A stretch of 64,000 nt of DNA from IMG/VR virus record IMGVR_UViG_3300017774_006743, positions 10,322 through 74,321 of that record. One strand, 5' to 3'. A program made the position numbers and the translations under genes. Below, piece after piece: positions 1 through 9,319 of the stretch. Source of the DNA: a virus (taxonomy: Duplodnaviria > Caudoviricetes). Below the pieces are notes generated by a model, which was given only the letters and a program-made list of their open reading frames with translations, did not search any database and was not told the origin of the DNA. Position 1 is the first letter of the stretch. Every line of letters starts with the position of its first letter.

Positions 1-525
1 AACAATGGGGTTGATGATTTTTCTCATGTTGTTGATGCTGTCCGGAAGTCTGTTCATAAATTTCAGTGGGTGTTTATTGGATCGTTTCCTCCTTCTCTTC
101 GGGATCTAGTTAAATCCCGACATATTGAATTTCACCCCTGGCAGACCATATATAAGTACCCTCATATGGTGTTTAATCTTAACCCAACAGTTACAATTGC
201 TCCACTTCATAATAATAATTTCAACAAGGCAAAGTCAGATATCAAATTTATTGAATCATCAATAATGGGTATACCATCTTTCTGTCAGGACATGTGTACA
301 TATGAAAATGCAATGTTTAAATTCAAAACTGGGGAAGAACTAGTTGATAGTATTACCAGCCTTGTGAGAAATAAAACACTCTACAAAAAAGTTGTCCCAG
401 AATTGAGACAAATTGGATCAAAAAGATTCCTCGAACATGCTGAAAATCACTTATGCTACGAAGATCTAATACTTCACCCTTTTAATTCACCAAATCGAAC
501 ATATATGAATCGGTTTAATAGTTGA
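1..525 (+). CDS. Glycosyltransferase-like protein, C-terminal part (5' truncated)
   Basis: Frame 1 is open from base 1 (NNGVDDFSHVV...QWVFIG). HPW...IAPLHNNNFNKAKSDIKFIESSIMGIP resembles the donor-binding half of GT-B phage glycosyltransferases. Confidence 0.6.
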   Translation, partial: NNGVDDFSHVVDAVRKSVHKFQWVFIGSFPPSLRDLVKSRHIEFHPWQTIYKYPHMVFNLNPTVTIAPLHNNNFNKAKSDIKFIESSIMGIPSFCQDMCTYENAMFKFKTGEELVDSITSLVRNKTLYKKVVPELRQIGSKRFLEHAENHLCYEDLILHPFNSPNRTYMNRFNS

Positions 526-532
526 ATTTAGA

Positions 533-548
533 GGAAAAGCAGTAAAAT
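533..548 (+). promoter_or_regulatory. GGAA-N6-TAAAAT promoter of DNA polymerase
   Basis: GGAA 533-536, 6 nt, TAAAAT 543-548, GTG start at 555. Same spacing recurs at six other gene starts. Confidence 0.65.
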
Positions 549-554
549 TAACAA

Positions 555-3140
555 GTGTTTAGAAACTGTTATTATAATTCTTTTGAGAAAGAAATATCCC
601 TTGCAACTTGGGATAAAGATGGTAAGCGAGTAAGGTATAATATACCATTTGAACCATATCTATATCTTGAGGACCCAAAAGGTACATACAAATCTATTTT
701 TAATACCCCTCTCGCGAAGAAAACCTTCCGGAATGGATTTGAAAAAAATAAATTCCTCCGTGATACCGGAATTAAAAGAGTATTTGGAAACTTTCAACCG
801 GTACAACAATTTCTGATTGATACATACTGGAGAGAGAATGAGACTCCCGAATTTACATCAAAACCACTTAACATTTTATTTTTGGACATTGAGACTATCT
901 CTGAAACAGACCCAACGTTTCCAAATCCAGAGGATCCAAATCACCCAGTTGTGTCTTTAGCATGTTATTCATCTCTTTATACAGAGATGATATGCTTTGG
1001 ATTAGGAGCTTATACAGGTTCAAGAACAGACTTCAAGTATGTTAATTGTAAATCAGAAAAGGAATTGTTTTTAAACTTTATCAAATATCTGGAACAAGAT
1101 TATCCAGATTTGATGACAGCTTATAATGGGGAGATATTTGACTTCCCATATATTATTAATCGTTGTACAAAAGTGTGTGGTGAAGATATCACAAAAAGGT
1201 TATCACCACATAAAAAGATTCGTATCTCTGTTATACCACCTTCTGCGGCGTCTTTTGGTAAAGAAAGAAAGCGTTACTTTATTGAAGGTATTGCAGTTGT
1301 AGATTACCTTGAGATTTACAAGAGATTTCAGTTCTCTCCTCGTGACTCATTTAAGCTTGATAACATTGCAGAGATTGAACTTGGTGAAAACAAAGTAGAT
1401 TTTGGGATGATGTCTCTTACCACTTTGATGAAAGAAGATTGGAATAAGTTCATCGAATATAACGTTCAAGACGTTAACTTGCTTGTTAGACTTGATGATA
1501 AGCTCGGATTTGTTAATCTCCTTAGAATGTTAGCTTATACAGGGTTGACCAATTTAGATTCTGCAATGGGTTCTATTGTTGTTAACACCGGTGCATTTGC
1601 AATTAAAGCAAAGCAACTGGGTAAGATATTAAGTACCTTTATTAGAAATGATCCAGATAGCACAAACCCCGGGGCATTTGTAGCTGAATCACAACCTGGC
1701 TTCCAAGAACAGTTTATTTACTTTGATGCAAGTTCACTGTACCCAAATACGATGATTACCTTAAATTTGTCACCCGAGACAAAAGTTGGTAAGCTTTTAG
1801 AACAAGAGGACGGCTCTGTAGTTCTTAGGCACGTCTCTGGAAAGGAATTCCCAATGTCGAGGGAAAAATTCAACGATTTATGTATTAAAGAACAATTGTG
1901 TATTTCAAAGTTTAATATTGTTTTTAGTCAAAAGAGCAAAGGCATCTTCCCAATGTTTTTAGAGGAAAAATATGATGAACGTGTCCGAATTAAGACTCGG
2001 ATGAAAGAACTTAGAATGGAGCGATTAAAATATAAGAAATTTGACGCACAGATAGATAAAATTGATAACGAACTCAAACTTCTTGATGCAAAGCAAATGT
2101 GTATTAAGGTGTTAATTAACTCTGCTTATGGGTTCCTTGGAAATAAAAATGCAAGTATTGGTGATGATGACCTTGCATCTTCAATTACATTAACTGGTCA
2201 AAGTGTTATTAAAAAAGCAGCTGAAATTTACTGTGAATATCTCAAAAATAACGGGATAAACATGACTGACGAGCAATGCCGGATTGCAGGTGATACTGAC
2301 AGTTGTGTTTTAAAGATGAAAGAACTTCTCAAAATTAAGAATATACCATTTTTGACTGAAGATGGTAAGTTGACAGAAGGTGTATATGAAGAAGCACAAA
2401 AAGTTCAAAACTTTCTAAATACAAATATTAATGAATGGGCAAAAAAAGAACTAAAGACAAAAGACCCCCGTTTCTCTTTTAAGCGAGAACTTATCGGTTC
2501 ATGTGGTTTATTCTTAGCAAAGAAAAGATACGTACTACACATGTTGGACGATGAAGGTGTTCCTTGCAATAAGTATAAGTATACTGGTGTTGAGGTTGTT
2601 CGAACAACAATGCCAAAACAAATTAAACCTTACGCAAAAAAGATTATTGAAACGATGATTACAACTAAGTCTCGAGCAGAAGTGGATAAGGTTGTAAAGG
2701 AGTGTTATGATATTTTCAAAACACTTCCAATTCAAGACCTTGCTTTCGTGATGGGGATTAAAGGATATAGAAAATATACAGGTAACCTTACAGACTTTAA
2801 TATCCCAGATGGGTCTGGAACACCGGTTCATGTCAAGTCAGCGTATTACTATAATAAGCTTCTGAAAGAGTTTAATATTCAGAGTAATTACGAATCAATT
2901 GCTGATGGTGATAAATGTAGGTTCTTCTACGTCGAACAACCAAACAAATATCGGATTGAATCTGCCGGGTTTAAGTATGAATGGCCTAGTGAGTTTAATG
3001 ATATTATCAAAATTGATCATGAAAAAATGTTTAACAAGATTCTCTTTTCAATGATTGAAAGATTTTATGATTGTGTTAAATGGCAAGTAAGAAAACCAAG
3101 TGAAAATGTTAGGATTGAATTGGTTGATTTATTTGGTTGA
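555..3140 (+). CDS. gp43: Family B DNA polymerase, T4 gp43-like
   Basis: Exo motifs FLDIET, YNGEIFDFPY, YNVQD; polymerase motifs DASSLYPN, KVLINSAYG, AGDTDS. Confidence 0.97.
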   Translation: MFRNCYYNSFEKEISLATWDKDGKRVRYNIPFEPYLYLEDPKGTYKSIFNTPLAKKTFRNGFEKNKFLRDTGIKRVFGNFQPVQQFLIDTYWRENETPEFTSKPLNILFLDIETISETDPTFPNPEDPNHPVVSLACYSSLYTEMICFGLGAYTGSRTDFKYVNCKSEKELFLNFIKYLEQDYPDLMTAYNGEIFDFPYIINRCTKVCGEDITKRLSPHKKIRISVIPPSAASFGKERKRYFIEGIAVVDYLEIYKRFQFSPRDSFKLDNIAEIELGENKVDFGMMSLTTLMKEDWNKFIEYNVQDVNLLVRLDDKLGFVNLLRMLAYTGLTNLDSAMGSIVVNTGAFAIKAKQLGKILSTFIRNDPDSTNPGAFVAESQPGFQEQFIYFDASSLYPNTMITLNLSPETKVGKLLEQEDGSVVLRHVSGKEFPMSREKFNDLCIKEQLCISKFNIVFSQKSKGIFPMFLEEKYDERVRIKTRMKELRMERLKYKKFDAQIDKIDNELKLLDAKQMCIKVLINSAYGFLGNKNASIGDDDLASSITLTGQSVIKKAAEIYCEYLKNNGINMTDEQCRIAGDTDSCVLKMKELLKIKNIPFLTEDGKLTEGVYEEAQKVQNFLNTNINEWAKKELKTKDPRFSFKRELIGSCGLFLAKKRYVLHMLDDEGVPCNKYKYTGVEVVRTTMPKQIKPYAKKIIETMITTKSRAEVDKVVKECYDIFKTLPIQDLAFVMGIKGYRKYTGNLTDFNIPDGSGTPVHVKSAYYYNKLLKEFNIQSNYESIADGDKCRFFYVEQPNKYRIESAGFKYEWPSEFNDIIKIDHEKMFNKILFSMIERFYDCVKWQVRKPSENVRIELVDLFG

Positions 3141-3151
3141 GACGTTATAAT
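3124..3151 (+). promoter_or_regulatory. Sigma70-like promoter TTGATT-N16-TATAAT
   Basis: TTGATT 3124-3129, TATAAT 3146-3151, ATG at 3162. Confidence 0.6.
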
Positions 3152-3161
3152 TAAATTGTAA

Positions 3162-3509
3162 ATGAAAATGAAATTAGTAACATTAATTGATTCAGTCGGT
3201 CGGTATATCATCGGAACTTTTTACAGCGAAAATGATACTTCCATTACTCTCAAAACACCGGTAATTCTAAACGTACAGCCTGATCAAAATTCAGGGAAGC
3301 TCCATATTCAAACATTCCCACTATTCTTCAAAGAGTTTTTGACTGCAGAGTCTGGTAATTGTTGGACATATCAAAAAAGCGGCATTGTAATTGGTGAAGT
3401 TGAACTTGAAGATCGTCTTGTCCAACAATATAATTCGATTGCAAACCCACAATTGGTTTCCCAAGCTACACCAACAGACAGTAAGGTAATTAAACTTTTT
3501 GAAGACTAA
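3162..3509 (+). CDS. Hypothetical protein (beta-rich)
   Basis: 115 aa ORF filling the space after PolB, with its own promoter. Confidence 0.7.
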   Translation: MKMKLVTLIDSVGRYIIGTFYSENDTSITLKTPVILNVQPDQNSGKLHIQTFPLFFKEFLTAESGNCWTYQKSGIVIGEVELEDRLVQQYNSIANPQLVSQATPTDSKVIKLFED

Positions 3510-3510
3510 T

Positions 3511-3849
3511 ATGATGAGCTATTCACCCGACACTGCGGTGGCATATTACCCAGAGCCCCCACGGGGGGCGACTTCGATGGGTGTGTCACCCTCACAAGGA
3601 GCTGTTAAGGACGAAATATTTCAGCGTATTGAAAATCTTCGTGGTGAATTAGGGGTAATATCAGAACTGACTAACCAAATACACATGCTCACTGAGCCAT
3701 ACAGGCAATACCCAAGTGATTGTGTGGAATGCGGTGGTGAAAATAAAAAAATTCGTTGTCAATCACCCCTTGCGGACATTGTGGAAAAAATGTCCGAACA
3801 TGCGAATGATATTATTAGTTCTCTTCGATATACCATATCAACACTATAA
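3511..3849 (+). CDS. Hypothetical protein
   Basis: ATG 1 nt after the upstream stop; its stop overlaps the UvsX start (TAATG). Confidence 0.6.
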   Translation: MMSYSPDTAVAYYPEPPRGATSMGVSPSQGAVKDEIFQRIENLRGELGVISELTNQIHMLTEPYRQYPSDCVECGGENKKIRCQSPLADIVEKMSEHANDIISSLRYTISTL

Positions 3850-4946
3850 TGGATAAAGACGTCTTACAAGCACTCAGCGCAATTGATGAGGTTAATCCTT
3901 ACGCAACTTTCTTAAATGAAAGTACATTATCAAATATTGATGGTTATATCGATACGGGATCTTATGTTCTTAACGCTTTAATATCGGGCTCACTTCATGG
4001 TGGTGTCCCGATGGGGCGTGTGACAGTATTTGGGGGCCCATCTCAGACAGGGAAGTCTCTTTTTGTTCTTAAGATTCTTGCAAATGCTCAAAAACGTGGG
4101 TTAATTCCTGTCATTTTTGATACTGAAAACGCAATTGATTCTGTATCAGCTAGTCGAATTGGATTAGACCCTTCGAAGATCAAATATGTACCTTGTGTAA
4201 CTATTGAGCAAACGAGAAATGCTATTTTTAAGTTTCTTAATTCTGTAAAAGAAAAGGGACTTGAAGGTAAGTTTATCATTGCAATTGACTCTCTTGGGAA
4301 TCTTCAATCACAACAAGAAATGTCCAGAATGGAGAAGGAATCTTCTTCAGCTGACATGGGTTCAACAGCTCGAGCAATGAAATCGTTGATGAAGACATTG
4401 ACAAATCTTTGTGGTCTCACAAAGACTACTGCGATTTGCACAAATCACGTTTATGATGATCCATCTGCAATGTTTCCCTCTCTTGAAAAACATATGCCCG
4501 GTGGCCGCTCTGTTGTTTATCTCCCCTCTGTAACTGTTCAACTTGCACGCAAACCTGTTAAGTCTGATGGTGGTAAAACGATTGATGACGAACTTGAAGC
4601 TGGTCAGAAAAACTATTCAGGTGTAATTCTTCGAGCACTTACAGTTAAGAACAGATTTATTCGACAATATCTCGAAGGAGAAATGTACTTGTCGTTTACA
4701 TCTGGTCTAGATCGTTATTACGGTCTTCTTGATTTGTGTGTTGGTTTTGATATTGTTATTCAAACTGGATCAGTATATGCTCTTCCAGACGGAACCAAGC
4801 TTGGTTACTTCAAAAACTTCCGAAAGAATATTGATTTGTGGGAAAAGACCCTTCTTCCTGAACTTGAGAAAGTAATTAAAGAAAAATGGGCTTATTCATC
4901 CGGAGAGCAATCAGATGATTTGGATGATATTGATGACGAAGAGTAA
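3849..4946 (+). CDS. uvsX: RecA-like recombinase, UvsX type
   Basis: IDTGSYVLNALISG, Walker A GPSQTGKS, FDTENA, Walker B IAIDSLG, GGRSVVY, VKNR, acidic tail. Confidence 0.93.
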   Translation: MDKDVLQALSAIDEVNPYATFLNESTLSNIDGYIDTGSYVLNALISGSLHGGVPMGRVTVFGGPSQTGKSLFVLKILANAQKRGLIPVIFDTENAIDSVSASRIGLDPSKIKYVPCVTIEQTRNAIFKFLNSVKEKGLEGKFIIAIDSLGNLQSQQEMSRMEKESSSADMGSTARAMKSLMKTLTNLCGLTKTTAICTNHVYDDPSAMFPSLEKHMPGGRSVVYLPSVTVQLARKPVKSDGGKTIDDELEAGQKNYSGVILRALTVKNRFIRQYLEGEMYLSFTSGLDRYYGLLDLCVGFDIVIQTGSVYALPDGTKLGYFKNFRKNIDLWEKTLLPELEKVIKEKWAYSSGEQSDDLDDIDDEE

Positions 4947-4961
4947 AAAAAAGTTAACGAT

Positions 4962-4989
4962 GAAGAGCGGATCGAAAGGTCCGCTCTTC
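4962..4989. terminator. 12-bp hairpin with GAAA tetraloop after uvsX
   Basis: GAAGAGCGGATC-GAAA-GGTCCGCTCTTC (one G-U pair). No immediate U-tract on +, so terminator function is uncertain. Confidence 0.45.
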
Positions 4990-5005
4990 CCCCATAAATA
5001 AAAAT

Positions 5006-5278
5006 ATGCGTTTCCTAAAACTCTTAATCCCAATACTTATTATTGGATGCAGTGGTACAACACCCGTTAATTCTCGTGATAATTTCACATTTTCAAAAGC
5101 ATTAGTTGAACTGTCGTACATCTCAAATGAAACATCCGAGCTTCAACAACTTTTAACAATCGTGGAATCAAATGCATCCCCAAGTAAAAAGTTCACGGAG
5201 TGGGATACAAAATTTGAAGACAGCGTTAAGATTGAAGTAATCAAAAAATACATTAAAGAGGGTCATAAAGGACTATGA
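5006..5278 (+). CDS. Predicted lipoprotein
   Basis: MRFLKLLIPILIIGC: basic N-terminus, hydrophobic core, lipobox Cys15. TAAATA lies 5 nt before the ATG. Confidence 0.7.
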   Translation: MRFLKLLIPILIIGCSGTTPVNSRDNFTFSKALVELSYISNETSELQQLLTIVESNASPSKKFTEWDTKFEDSVKIEVIKKYIKEGHKGL

Positions 5279-6027
5279 AAATAAAATTAACACGTGAAAA
5301 TTTCCGTTTCGTCCGACCATCACTTCCGGATAGTCGTGATATAATTTACAAATCAACTGCAGCTAATATAACAGAATATTCTCTAGAAGAATATAGAGGA
5401 CCAATTTTAGACCAAGGTTCATATGGTGCATGTACTGGGTTTGGAACAGCTGGAATGCTTAGAACCACATTTAAGAGATTAACAGATCTCGAAGTTGACT
5501 TTAACCCATGGTACATTTATTACAATGCGCGGTCTCGTTCAGGATGGCGTTATAAAGATGAAGGAGCATACCCAAGAGAGGTATTCAAGTCATTGGTTGA
5601 TGACGGAGTTATTGAAGTCTCAAAATGGAATCCAAAAAACAAGATCAAAGAAGATCCCCCAAAGTTTGGAGACGAGGATTTGATTAAGTTTAAATCATAC
5701 AAGAGATTTGATCTAAAATCAATCGAACAAATTCAGCGTGATTTTTCAAATTATATCGGTACTGAAAAATTACCAATTGGTATTGCGATGATTATTAATG
5801 AACAATCTGCAGCAGAAGCTGGAAGATCTGGTGTTTTTAACCTGTACGAAAATGACAAATCGATGGGTGGTCATTGGGTATATGCTGATAAGGTGGACCA
5901 AAACGGTATTACACTTGTAAATTCCTGGTCCAACCGGTGGGGTAAAAATGGTACTGCAATAGTTCCTTGGGAAATATTCCCCTCAATTATATTCGAAGCT
6001 TGGTCATTAGATCCCAAACTTCCATAA
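5275..6027 (+). CDS. Papain-family (C1-like) cysteine peptidase
   Basis: DQGSYGACTGF (oxyanion Q, catalytic C), GGHWV (H), NSWSNRWGKNG (N). ATGA overlap with the lipoprotein stop. Confidence 0.88.
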   Translation: MKIKLTRENFRFVRPSLPDSRDIIYKSTAANITEYSLEEYRGPILDQGSYGACTGFGTAGMLRTTFKRLTDLEVDFNPWYIYYNARSRSGWRYKDEGAYPREVFKSLVDDGVIEVSKWNPKNKIKEDPPKFGDEDLIKFKSYKRFDLKSIEQIQRDFSNYIGTEKLPIGIAMIINEQSAAEAGRSGVFNLYENDKSMGGHWVYADKVDQNGITLVNSWSNRWGKNGTAIVPWEIFPSIIFEAWSLDPKLP

Positions 6028-6031
6028 GTTA

Positions 6032-6047
6032 GGAAAGTCCATATAAT
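6032..6047 (+). promoter_or_regulatory. GGAA-N6-TATAAT promoter of queC-like gene
   Basis: GGAA 6032-6035, TATAAT 6042-6047, ATG 6053. Confidence 0.65.
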
Positions 6048-6052
6048 TAGTA

Positions 6053-6778
6053 ATGGAAAAAAAGTGCGTGTTAGCCCTTTCTGGGGGACTAGATTCATCT
6101 GTGTTGCTTCACAAAGCGTGTAAAGAATTTGACAAAGTTCATTGTATCTATTTTGATTACGATCAACGACACCGGAGAGAATTAGATTGCGCATGTGATC
6201 AAATCTGTGATGCTAATTCAAAATCATTTAAAGCTGATATAATCACATGCAAGCTTCCGCTTAGAACTATTTGTCCAGTTAGTTCTTTAACATCAGAGCA
6301 TGTTGATACACCAGATGTACGGACAATGCTTGGAGAAGCTCAACCACTCTCTTATGTTCCATTTAGGAATATGTTGTTTCTTTCAATTCTGTTGTCTTAC
6401 GCTGAGAGTAGAGGAGCAGAAACAGTATGGTATGGGGCTGCTGGTGTAGATTCAGCGGCTGGTTATTGGGATGCTGATAAATCATTTGTTGACCGAATGA
6501 ATAGTGTTGTAGAACTCAATAGAGAACATCAAATTAAGATTGAAGCTCCTCTTATTGAATTGTCAAAGAAGCAAATCATCGAGCTCGGTGTGTCTCTAAA
6601 GGTAGACTTTAAGAAAACATGGACATGCTATAGTGGAGCTGAAAAAGCTGACCCATATTCACCTTCTTCTTCTTCAAGACTTAAAGGCTTTGTTGACGCT
6701 GGGTATATTGACCCGATCGAATATAATGTAGATCTAGACAAATTTTGGGCTTCAAATAACTGTAAGCCAATTATTTGA
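6053..6778 (+). CDS. queC: QueC-family PP-loop ATPase with non-canonical zinc site
   Basis: LSGGLDS PP-loop, FDYDQRH, YVPFRN, APLIELSK, TWTCY, GFVDAGYIDP. The CxxCxxC cluster reads DPYSPSS. Confidence 0.88.
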   Translation: MEKKCVLALSGGLDSSVLLHKACKEFDKVHCIYFDYDQRHRRELDCACDQICDANSKSFKADIITCKLPLRTICPVSSLTSEHVDTPDVRTMLGEAQPLSYVPFRNMLFLSILLSYAESRGAETVWYGAAGVDSAAGYWDADKSFVDRMNSVVELNREHQIKIEAPLIELSKKQIIELGVSLKVDFKKTWTCYSGAEKADPYSPSSSSRLKGFVDAGYIDPIEYNVDLDKFWASNNCKPII

Positions 6779-7820
6779 AATACTGCTCGTTCTGTTGTTG
6801 AACTTGTTGCCACATTGTTGTTGGCTTAAAACGATCCCGAGTAGTAATGTAAGTAATCTTCTTCTTGAAGCTTTCTTCTTTAATAGGCTCTTCTTCGTCT
6901 TCAAAACGTTGCTCACCTGGCTTACTGTCGTGTACTCCAAGACCATATCCCTGATCATCAACACCAAGCTTTTGTGAGACCGTTGGTTTCTTTGGTTTGT
7001 CATCTCCACCAAAATCAAACTCCCCAGGTGCATGTACAATAACCTCAAAGTCCACAGTATCAATTCCAAGAACTTTTGAAAGTGTTTGCTTCAAGGACTT
7101 TTCAACTTTTTCTGCACCAACCTTTTTTATGGTTTGTGTAATATTGCTATCAGCAGCAAATTCAAAATCAGAAGATGTTTCTGATTGATCAACATCTGGA
7201 GCAGTTCCACCATTTACCTTTGTAAGATAAGAAGTAAGACCTGCAACGTCGAGAGGTACATCCTCCCCCCATATAATTTCAATTATTGAAGTGTCAGCTG
7301 TAAATGAAGACGTTGGTGAAATATCATCAGTAGCAGCTGTTTTTTGTTGTTTAACTTCTTGCTTCTTAGCTTCCCTTTCAGCTCTAAGTTCATCGGCAGT
7401 CTTAACTGCTTTGAATTGTTGGAAGTCTTCTTTTGACCCAAATGTCTTCCCAACCATCTCCCCTTTTCCTCTTGTTCTGATTTGTTGTAATCTTCCAAGG
7501 AATTGACCAAGGTTTTGTTCTGTGTAGCTCCGGAATTCATCAGCGATTTCATCCTTAACCACACCACTGTCGACTAGATTTTTGATAAATTCCCCTGCTT
7601 CAGCAGCATACCGAGCACCAGCAAAAGAAGTGTCTTCTGGCATTAACCCTTTCTCTTTGAGGAATTCAATAATAAACTTAAACACAATTGGTCGAGCAAC
7701 ACCAAGCTTCTTATCTTCAATAGCCTTACGAAGATAACCAGTTTGGAATAGTGTTTCAAATCTACTTGTGCGAGCTTCAGTAATAACTTCTGCCCGTTTT
7801 ATAACTTTTTCAAAAATCAT
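6771..7820 (-). CDS. Hypothetical late protein, possibly a capsid-internal protein
   Basis: 349 aa ORF; TAAATA 5 nt upstream of the ATG; N-terminus ends in ITE|A. Confidence 0.75.
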   Translation of the reverse strand: MIFEKVIKRAEVITEARTSRFETLFQTGYLRKAIEDKKLGVARPIVFKFIIEFLKEKGLMPEDTSFAGARYAAEAGEFIKNLVDSGVVKDEIADEFRSYTEQNLGQFLGRLQQIRTRGKGEMVGKTFGSKEDFQQFKAVKTADELRAEREAKKQEVKQQKTAATDDISPTSSFTADTSIIEIIWGEDVPLDVAGLTSYLTKVNGGTAPDVDQSETSSDFEFAADSNITQTIKKVGAEKVEKSLKQTLSKVLGIDTVDFEVIVHAPGEFDFGGDDKPKKPTVSQKLGVDDQGYGLGVHDSKPGEQRFEDEEEPIKEESFKKKITYITTRDRFKPTTMWQQVQQQNEQYFK

Positions 7821-7834
7821 GTATATATTTAATG

Positions 7835-7850
7835 GGAAAGTATATAAGAT
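7835..7850 (+). promoter_or_regulatory. GGAA-N6-TAAGAT promoter upstream of the amidotransferase operon
   Basis: GGAA 7835-7838, TAAGAT 7845-7850, in the divergent intergenic region. Confidence 0.5.
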
Positions 7851-7892
7851 AGAGGCAATAGATTTTCCAATTAGATAAGGTAAATAAATTAC

Positions 7893-8585
7893 ATGTGTGC
7901 AATTTTTGGATCCCCATCAGTATCAATGTTTGAAGTACTTTACGAAGCAAATAAAGTTCGTGGAGCCTTTGCGTCATCTATATGTACCTTAATTAGGGAT
8001 GAATATGGGGATGTATGTGATAATTGGGTTGGTAAATTTGAAAGAGTAATGGATCTCAACAAGATTGAGTTTATTGTTAATGAACAAGCTTACATTCTTG
8101 GACATTTTCAAGCTCCAACATCGGCAAAAAGAAAGTGGGATTATGATACATCACACCCTTTTGAAACCCTTGATTGGTGTGTTGCTCATAATGGTGTAAT
8201 TACTAATTTTGAAAAACTAAATAATACTTATACACCCTGGAATGTTAACCCAGTTGATTCATCAGTGATAGTAAGTATGATTCAAAAAGAGTATGAAGAC
8301 GAACAAACCACTTCTACAAAGAAAGAGTATGAGATACTCGAGAGGGTTTTGGGGCGCATTGAAGGTACTTTTGCTCTTTATATCGTCAATGTTAATAACT
8401 GGAATACTTATATATGCCGTCAGGGGTCTACTCTCTTTTTTGACGAACATGGTAACTTCTCTTCAATAGCTGGGAAGAACATGACAGTGGTACCAGAAGG
8501 TAAAATATTCCAACTGGTTGATAACTACAAAGCATTTAAACAGGTTGGTGAATTTACCTCAAAATCCCCATTTTTGATTTTATGA
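7893..8585 (+). CDS. Class II (Ntn) glutamine amidotransferase
   Basis: N-terminal MCAIFG nucleophile, RG, GHFQAPT, HPF, HNGVITN, VDS, IEGTFAL. Confidence 0.88.
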   Translation: MCAIFGSPSVSMFEVLYEANKVRGAFASSICTLIRDEYGDVCDNWVGKFERVMDLNKIEFIVNEQAYILGHFQAPTSAKRKWDYDTSHPFETLDWCVAHNGVITNFEKLNNTYTPWNVNPVDSSVIVSMIQKEYEDEQTTSTKKEYEILERVLGRIEGTFALYIVNVNNWNTYICRQGSTLFFDEHGNFSSIAGKNMTVVPEGKIFQLVDNYKAFKQVGEFTSKSPFLIL

Positions 8586-9319
8586 AAGAAAAGAAACAAC
8601 AAACAGAACATGTTGAGATAGAATATCCAAGAGTGATGTTCTACTCATGTTCGAAGCAAAGTAACAGAAAAGATACACTTCTGTATAAGAGTTTAAAGGA
8701 TATTGGATTTTTTGAGTTTCATATCGAAACGAATTTTTCTGGATCTCTTGCAAAGATGTATAATAAATTCCTCCGTGAAGAGGACCTCAGTAATGATGGT
8801 TTATACGACGCTGTTGTATTTTGCCACGACGATATAAAGATTAACACAATGGACTTTAGACCACTTACATCTAATCCATATACAGTATTCGGACTTGCTG
8901 GTGCAAATACGTGCACTTTTAAGAAGCCATTTTTGTGGCATATTGCATCTCCCCGAGAATCACAACTTGGCGCCGTTGCTCATTTTGCTGGTAGTTCTGA
9001 GGACTATTGGATTACTTCTTTTGGGTTGCTGAATAAGCCAGCTGTTTTGATCGATGGTGTGTTTATTGGTATAAACCTCAAGAAGTGGAGAGAAAATAAA
9101 GTATGGTTTGATGAGAATAATCCATCAAATTTCCACTTCTATGATTTGTCATTTGCTCTAGATAATAGCTTTGCTAAAAACAGAGTTGGTGTTATTGACT
9201 TTCCGATCATCCATTGTTCACACGGGTTAGAGTCACTAGATGATACTGAATGGAACAAAGGACAAGATTACATGTTCGAAAAATATAAAAAATATGACGG
9301 TTCAACAATTACAGTCTGA
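8582..9319 (+). CDS. GT-A fold glycosyltransferase (family 2-like)
   Basis: LAKMYN, VFCHDDI (DxD-like), VFGLAG, LIDGVFIG, FDE...FHFYDLSF, IIHCS. ATGA-coupled to the amidotransferase. Confidence 0.8.
   Translation: MKEKKQQTEHVEIEYPRVMFYSCSKQSNRKDTLLYKSLKDIGFFEFHIETNFSGSLAKMYNKFLREEDLSNDGLYDAVVFCHDDIKINTMDFRPLTSNPYTVFGLAGANTCTFKKPFLWHIASPRESQLGAVAHFAGSSEDYWITSFGLLNKPAVLIDGVFIGINLKKWRENKVWFDENNPSNFHFYDLSFALDNSFAKNRVGVIDFPIIHCSHGLESLDDTEWNKGQDYMFEKYKKYDGSTITV

Noticed and set aside
533-548. AGGAA read as a Shine-Dalgarno site
   Set aside because: It lies 17 nt or more from start codons and keeps fixed spacing to the -10 hexamer, not to the start codon.
2284-2304. PolB motif C reads AGDTDS rather than YGDTDS
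   Set aside because: T4 gp43 itself has AGDTDS; this is normal variation.
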